Below the pieces are notes generated by a model that was not told the DNA's origin, did no database searches, and was given only the letters and a program-made list of their open reading frames with translations. From Thermodesulfobacteriota bacterium (GTDB taxonomy: Bacteria > Desulfobacterota > Deferrisomatia > Deferrisomatales > JACRMM01), in assembly GCA_040756475.1 (NCBI GenBank), contig JBFLZB010000007.1:1-57893 (forward strand): a stretch of 57,893 bases of DNA, written 5' to 3'. Shown piece by piece: positions 52,965 through 57,893 of this stretch (the first letter of the stretch is position 1; each line of letters starts with the position of its first letter). A program made the translations under genes and the position numbers.

Positions 52965-55325
52965 TCACCCCAAACCTCTCCCCCGGGGGGGAGAGGGAGG
53001 AATCGGGCTCGCCAGGGTCTCGCGGATGCGGGCGCCGAGCTCTCGCAGCCGGTAGGGCTTGCCCACGAAGCCCGCGGCTCCTTCCTCCACCGTGGCTTCG
53101 GCGTGTTCGGCGGGGGAGTAGCCGCTGGCCACCAGGACCCGCGCTGCGGGCCGGATGCGCAGGAGCTGGCGCAGGCACTTCCTCCCGCCCATCCCCGGCA
53201 TGCCCAGGTCCAGCAGCACGAGGTCCACGGCCTCGGGGTTGCGCCCGAAGACCGCCAGGGCCTCTTCTCCGCTGCGGGCGGTGAGCACCCGGTAGCCTGC
53301 GTGGTCGAGGTAGTCGGCGACGACCTCTACGACGGCAGGGTCGTCGTCGGCCACGAGCACCGTGGCCTCCCGCCCGGCGGCGGGAGCCGCCGGGTCCTCC
53401 GGGGCGGGGGCAACGTCGGGCGCCTCGGCGGCCGGGAGGAGGAGCCGGAAGGCCGTACCCCGACCCTGGGCGGTCTCGAAGGTGAGGTGCCCTCCGTGGC
53501 GCTGCACGATGCCGTAGGTGCTGTAGAGCCCGAGCCCTGTGCCCTGCCCCACGCCCTTGGTCGTGTAGAAGGGCTCGAAGGCGTGCTCCGCGACCTCCGG
53601 GGCCATGCCCCTGCCGGTGTCGCTTACCGCCAGGAGCACCCACCGCTGGGCCGGGGGTCCGGCCCCGGAAGGAAGCAGGGGGGAGTCGGCGGCGAGTGTT
53701 TCGAGGCGAAACGTCAGGGTTCCTCCGTCGGGCATGGCGTCCCGGGCATTGGTAGCCAGGTTCAGGAGCACCTGCTCGAGTTGGGCCGGGTCCCCCCACA
53801 CCAGGACCGGATGGTCTGCCCCCTCCTGACGGATCCGGATCATCTTGGGAAAGGTGCGTTCCAGGATCTCGGCGATGCGGCGCACCTCGGCCCCCAGGTC
53901 CACGACGTGCCGCCTGGGCTGACCGGCGCGGCTGAAGGCCAGGAGATTCTTCACCAGGTCGGACCCGCGCCGGGCGGCCTCCTCGATGCCGGCGAGGAAG
54001 CGGGCCGTGCGGCCCTCGGGGCGCTCGGCCAGGGAGAGCTCGGCATACCCGGTGATGGCCTGGAGGAGGTTGTTGAAGTCGTGGGCGATGCCGCTCGCCA
54101 GGGTACCCACGGCCTCCAGCTTCTGGGCCTGGAGGAGCTGGTGCTCCACCTGCCGGCTGCGGGTCACGTCGCGCAGGACGACCACGATGCCGGCCGCCTT
54201 TCCCCGGTGGTCGTGGTAGACCGAGGAGCTGAGCACCACGTCGAGGATGCGGCCGTCCCTGGCCAGGCGCCGGGTCTCGAACCCCCGGCAGGGCTGGCCG
54301 GCGAGAACCTGGCGGATCGTCTCGGCGGTTCCCGGGGCCTCGGCCTCCGGGACGAAGGGGATGCGCCGGCCGACCATCTCCTCGGCGGTGAAACCGAACG
54401 TCTCGGTGAAGGACGGGTTCAGGTAGACCGCGTTGCCCTCCAGGTCGTAGAGGGCCACCGGGTCGGGGATGGAGCGCAGGAGGGAGCGATAGAGCTCTTC
54501 CTGCTCCACGGCCTTTCGGTAGAGCTCTTCGATACGCTGGGCCGAGGCGCGCAGGTGGTCTTCTGCGGATCGCCGTTCGGTGATGTCCTCGAAGGCCACC
54601 GCGAGCTCCCCCGGGGCCACCCGGAAGGCGCGCACGGCGTAGACGCCCGAGATCCGCTCGTCCTCGTAGGTGACGTGCTCCGATGCCCAGGGCCGGCCGG
54701 TGCGGGCCACCTCGCGGTAGGCGCCGGGAATGGCGGTGGCCGCCAGAGGAGGAAACGCTTCCTCGATCGTCTTTCCCACCCGTGCGGCGCAGCGGATGCC
54801 GAGGATGGCGTCGGCCGCCGGGTTCCCGCCCGCGAAGACGAGCCGGTCCCCGGGCTCCAGGCGGTACTGGAGGATGCCCCAGGGGGAGGCGTCGACGATG
54901 CTCCGGTAGCGCCCCTCGGACTCCCGGAGCTCCCGGTCGGCCCGGTTGCGCTCGGTGACGTCGGCAAAGGAGGCGAGCAGGCACAGGGGGTTTTCCCCCT
55001 CGTCCCGGACCAGGGTGGCCGAGACCTCCACCTCGATCTCCCCGCCGTCCCGCCGAACTCCGGTGAGCCCGCCCCGCCAGCTTCCCCCGGCCCAGAGGGC
55101 TCTTACCACAGCCTGGGCCGCGCCGGGGTCTCTCCAGAACTCGAGGGACGAGCGCCCCAGCACCTGGGTTTCGTCGTCGTACCCCCACAGGCGCAGGAAC
55201 GCGGGGTTGACCTGGGTGAGCCGCCCCTGGAGGTCGCCAAGGGCGATGGCTTCGATGGAAGCCTGGATCGCGGTCTCCAGGATGCGGAGCCTGTCCCTGG
55301 CTGTGGCGTCGCGGCTGTCTTCCAT
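52965..55325 (-). CDS. Hybrid sensor histidine kinase (three PAS domains, HisKA, HATPase_c, C-terminal receiver)
   Basis: 786 aa. PAS-like repeats, H-box LASGIAHDFNNLL, N/G boxes (LNLATNARDAM; DTGRGM; GTGLGL), and a receiver VLVADDD...DLVLLDLGMPGMGG...KP. Confidence 0.9.
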   Translation of the reverse strand: MEDSRDATARDRLRILETAIQASIEAIALGDLQGRLTQVNPAFLRLWGYDDETQVLGRSSLEFWRDPGAAQAVVRALWAGGSWRGGLTGVRRDGGEIEVEVSATLVRDEGENPLCLLASFADVTERNRADRELRESEGRYRSIVDASPWGILQYRLEPGDRLVFAGGNPAADAILGIRCAARVGKTIEEAFPPLAATAIPGAYREVARTGRPWASEHVTYEDERISGVYAVRAFRVAPGELAVAFEDITERRSAEDHLRASAQRIEELYRKAVEQEELYRSLLRSIPDPVALYDLEGNAVYLNPSFTETFGFTAEEMVGRRIPFVPEAEAPGTAETIRQVLAGQPCRGFETRRLARDGRILDVVLSSSVYHDHRGKAAGIVVVLRDVTRSRQVEHQLLQAQKLEAVGTLASGIAHDFNNLLQAITGYAELSLAERPEGRTARFLAGIEEAARRGSDLVKNLLAFSRAGQPRRHVVDLGAEVRRIAEILERTFPKMIRIRQEGADHPVLVWGDPAQLEQVLLNLATNARDAMPDGGTLTFRLETLAADSPLLPSGAGPPAQRWVLLAVSDTGRGMAPEVAEHAFEPFYTTKGVGQGTGLGLYSTYGIVQRHGGHLTFETAQGRGTAFRLLLPAAEAPDVAPAPEDPAAPAAGREATVLVADDDPAVVEVVADYLDHAGYRVLTARSGEEALAVFGRNPEAVDLVLLDLGMPGMGGRKCLRQLLRIRPAARVLVASGYSPAEHAEATVEEGAAGFVGKPYRLRELGARIRETLASPIPPSPPRGRGLG

Positions 55326-55447
55326 GTCACACCGAGTGAGAAACTAGGGTTGCCCGGGCAGAGCGGCCCAGCACCCGCTTTCCTCCCCAAGCTCCCCCCG
55401 CTCCGAGCTGCCCGCTGTCCGTTGAGAGCTTAGGGCGGACCGCTCCT

Positions 55448-56479
55448 CTACAGCAGCCCGTCCATCCGCGCGACCTTCTCGATGAGGTCGGTTACGCGTA
55501 CGGAGTAGCCCCACTCGTTGTCGTACCAGGCCACGACCTTGGCCATGCGGTCCTTGCGCACGTGGGTGAGCTCGGCGTCGAAGATGGCGGAGTGGGGGTT
55601 TCCGATGATGTCCACCGAGACGATGGGGTCGGTGTTGTAGGCCATGATGCCCCGCAGCCCTCCCTCGCACGCGGCCCGCATGGCCTCGTTGATCTCCGGG
55701 GCGGTGGCCTTCCTTTCGAGCATCACGGTGAGGTCGATGAGCGAGCCGGTGGGCACGGGGACCCGGAAGGCGATTCCCTCGATGCGCCCGTCGAGCTCCG
55801 GGATCACGAGCCCCAGGGCCTGGGCCGCCCCGGTGGAGGTGGGGATGATGGAGAGGGTCGCCATCCGCGCCCGCCGGAAGTCCTTGTGGGGGTAGTCGAA
55901 GAGCCGCTGATCGTTGGTGAAGGCGTGCACCGTGGAGAGGTACCCCTTGGCGATGCCCCAGTGCTCGTGCAGCACCTTGGCCACCGGCGCCGCGCAGTTG
56001 GTGGTGCACGACGAGTTGGAGATGATGGTGTGGTCCGGGCCGATGACGCCGTCGTTCACGCCCATGACGATGGTCGCCTCCAGGGGATCCTTGGAGGGTA
56101 CGGTGAGGATCACCCGCCGGGCGCCCGAGCGCAGGTGCCCCTCGAGCTGGGACACCTTGCGGAAGACGCCGGTGGACTCCACCACGTAGTCGACGCCGTA
56201 GTCCCTCCAGGGAAGATCCAGGGGGTCGCTGCTGCGCTTGCTCGCGCCGCTGATGACCTGCATGGCGTCGCCGTCGATGACGAGCTTGTCGCCCTGGAGC
56301 TCCACGTTGCCCGGGAACCGGCCGTGGATCGAGTCGTACTTGGTGACCATGTACAGGGCCTCGATGTCCGCCAGGTCGTGGAGTGCGACGAAGTCGAAGT
56401 CCTTCTTGTACTTCTTGGCCGCCCGGAGCACGAGGCGGCCGATGCGGCCGTAGCCGTTGATGGCGATGCGCACTGCCAT
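55448..56479 (-). CDS. gap: Type I glyceraldehyde-3-phosphate dehydrogenase
   Basis: MAVRIAINGYGRIGR, SNSSCTTNC (catalytic Cys) and WYDNEWGYS. RBS AGGAGGAA. Confidence 0.95.
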   Translation of the reverse strand: MAVRIAINGYGRIGRLVLRAAKKYKKDFDFVALHDLADIEALYMVTKYDSIHGRFPGNVELQGDKLVIDGDAMQVISGASKRSSDPLDLPWRDYGVDYVVESTGVFRKVSQLEGHLRSGARRVILTVPSKDPLEATIVMGVNDGVIGPDHTIISNSSCTTNCAAPVAKVLHEHWGIAKGYLSTVHAFTNDQRLFDYPHKDFRRARMATLSIIPTSTGAAQALGLVIPELDGRIEGIAFRVPVPTGSLIDLTVMLERKATAPEINEAMRAACEGGLRGIMAYNTDPIVSVDIIGNPHSAIFDAELTHVRKDRMAKVVAWYDNEWGYSVRVTDLIEKVARMDGLL

Positions 56480-56661
56480 GGACGTTCCTCCTGTGGGATG
56501 GAAGAAGGGGGCGGCGAGGCCGCAACCGCGGCCAGCCTACCCAGGATCGGCCGGACCGCAACCCGAGTTGAGGCGCCGGCCCTCCCGCCGGGCGGCGCGG
56601 CGGGGGCTCTTACGGATCGTGTGGGTGGATCCGCTGGTGAGCGAACCCCGGCGTCTCGGCG

Positions 56662-56735
56662 CGTAGGGGCGCACTGCGTGCGCCCGGAGGGTTCGGGGTG
56701 GGTCCGAGCGCGGGCGCACACTGTGCGCCCCTACG
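56662..56735. repeat. REP-like element: two hairpin-forming 24-mers in inverted orientation (CGTAGGGGCGCAC..GTGCGCCC / GGGCGCAC..GTGCGCCCCTACG)
   Basis: Arms at 56662-56685 and 56712-56735. Each arm is itself GGGCGCAC-N3-GTGCGCCC. Confidence 0.75.
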
Positions 56736-56802
56736 GGTGAACGGCCGTATTCCCGAGCTCTCAGCCGCTACGCGAACCCACACGGATCGGAACAGCGCCC
56801 CC

Positions 56803-57480
56803 TTACGGGGGCGGGCGCAGCAGGCGGGCGGCGGCGTCGCCGATGGCAGCGGGTTCCAGCCCCGCGGCGTGGAAGAGCCCTCCCCAGGTCGCAGAGCCCT
56901 TGCGGACGGCGGCGAGGGTCTGCACCGGTGGGGTGCCCGTGAGCCGGAAGAGGAGCGCCCCGGCCACGGTCTCGGCGTCCGACGCCCCGGCGGCCCGCAA
57001 GGCCTCTAGTTCTGCCGGAACCGCTGCCAGGCGCTCGGCGGCAACGGCGTCGACCACTGCCGAAGCCAGGAGGGCGTCTGCCCCGTTGCGCTCCAGGAAG
57101 TCCGGGAACGCGCCCCCCAGGCGCTCGGGAGCCACCCCCAGGGAGCCCAGGGCCTCCCCCCAGGTGCCGGCGCGGGCCCGGGCGTCGAGGAGCTCTGCCG
57201 GGCGCAGGCCGGTGCGGGCGGCCGCAAAGTGGGCCAGCCACAGGTCCTCGTTGGCCGCGCCCGTCATCTTGGCCTGCACCACGGACTTCTTCTCCAGGCC
57301 GAAGACCGCCGCCAGCACCGAGTTCTGGGCGGTGGCGAGCACGTAGGGGTCCGCCGCGGCGGGTCGGAGGGGGTCGAAGGACCGGTCGCGGAAGCAGTGG
57401 CACGAAACGGCGGCCGCCGCCTCGAAGGGGACGGCGGCCAGGGGCACGAAAAGGGCCAGGGCGAGGAGTCGGGTACGCAT
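56803..57480 (-). CDS. Hypothetical secreted protein
   Basis: ATG-57480 gives the signal peptide MRTRLLALALFVPLAAVPFEAAAA. A 225-aa Ala/Leu-rich helical-looking protein with no family I recognise. Confidence 0.55.
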   Translation of the reverse strand: MRTRLLALALFVPLAAVPFEAAAAVSCHCFRDRSFDPLRPAAADPYVLATAQNSVLAAVFGLEKKSVVQAKMTGAANEDLWLAHFAAARTGLRPAELLDARARAGTWGEALGSLGVAPERLGGAFPDFLERNGADALLASAVVDAVAAERLAAVPAELEALRAAGASDAETVAGALLFRLTGTPPVQTLAAVRKGSATWGGLFHAAGLEPAAIGDAAARLLRPPP

Positions 57481-57893
57481 CGGGCCTCCGCGGGTTCCGG
57501 GTTCACGGGTTGCGCCCAGGGTGCCCGTTGCGCGCAGGCGCCGGCCATGACCGGGGTCAAGGGTCGTGGGTTCTCCACGCCCCACGTCCAACGAGGCGGC
57601 GTGTCAGACCGTCGAGGCATGGGCGGGCCGGGGGCCTCCCATGCGGCGGCGCAGGATCCCGTGAGCTCTTCAATGGTCCGTGGCCTTCCGGCGATGGAGG
57701 GGAAGAGCACCCTGTGTCCGCTGCGGCATCGCCAAAGCCGCCTGCGCCGCCTCCGGGGAGACCCCCGGCCCGCCCCCCGAACCTTGCGCGGCCACCGGCG
57801 GGTCCAGCGAAGCGGACCCATCCTCGCCAGGGAGAACCTGGACGCATTGTTCGAGATTCCAGGTCCTGAAGGATTCCTGGGTGGCGGATCCCG

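Overview
A 57.9-kb, very GC-rich bacterial chromosomal window, densely coding on both strands. The taxon cannot be determined from the sequence alone; gene content looks like an anaerobic Deltaproteobacteria-type organism. Left edge (1-2.2 kb): an immunity-like islet with a CI/LexA-type S24 repressor behind a four-copy 9-mer operator cluster, a split zinc-ribbon membrane protein, a low-GC 8-Cys mini-ORF and a 5'-truncated higA scar. Housekeeping block: nadA, mfd, surA-like PPIase, pdxA and a phosphohexomutase; a five-gene NHEJ operon (ku, ku, LigD-Pol, LigD-PE/ligase, DUF72); an MFS + B12/radical-SAM pair; aroF, ybaK; tamB-bamA; cobU-cobT-cobS-cobC plus a translationally coupled beta-barrel OMP. 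Accessory island (about 33.9-47.9 kb) around divergent tRNA-Ala(GGC)/tRNA-Leu(CAA): Vat-type acetyltransferase, decayed hipBA, MCP, MmeI-family type IIL R-M enzyme, CCC-type transporter, flavin reductase, two SAM methyltransferases, a UPF0175/DUF3368 TA pair, a methyltransferase gene fragment, and a four-helix-bundle(+suffix) protein fused to a Topo-type zinc finger. Right part: promoter + Moco/Tuco-type riboswitch + terminator, then truncated porin and tupABC; GNAT, PAS hybrid histidine kinase, gap, and a secreted protein. One signal recurs across the window: two dispersed short tandem repeat families, 9-nt period (GATCGGNCS-like) and 7-nt period (CGTTGCG-like), sitting at gene boundaries and in frame inside ORFs. 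No CRISPR, rRNA, transposase or integrase was seen. I cannot point to one clearly novel system. The best candidates are the repeat-bracketed cassette next to the 4HB-zinc-finger gene, the DUF72-containing NHEJ operon and the repeat families themselves.
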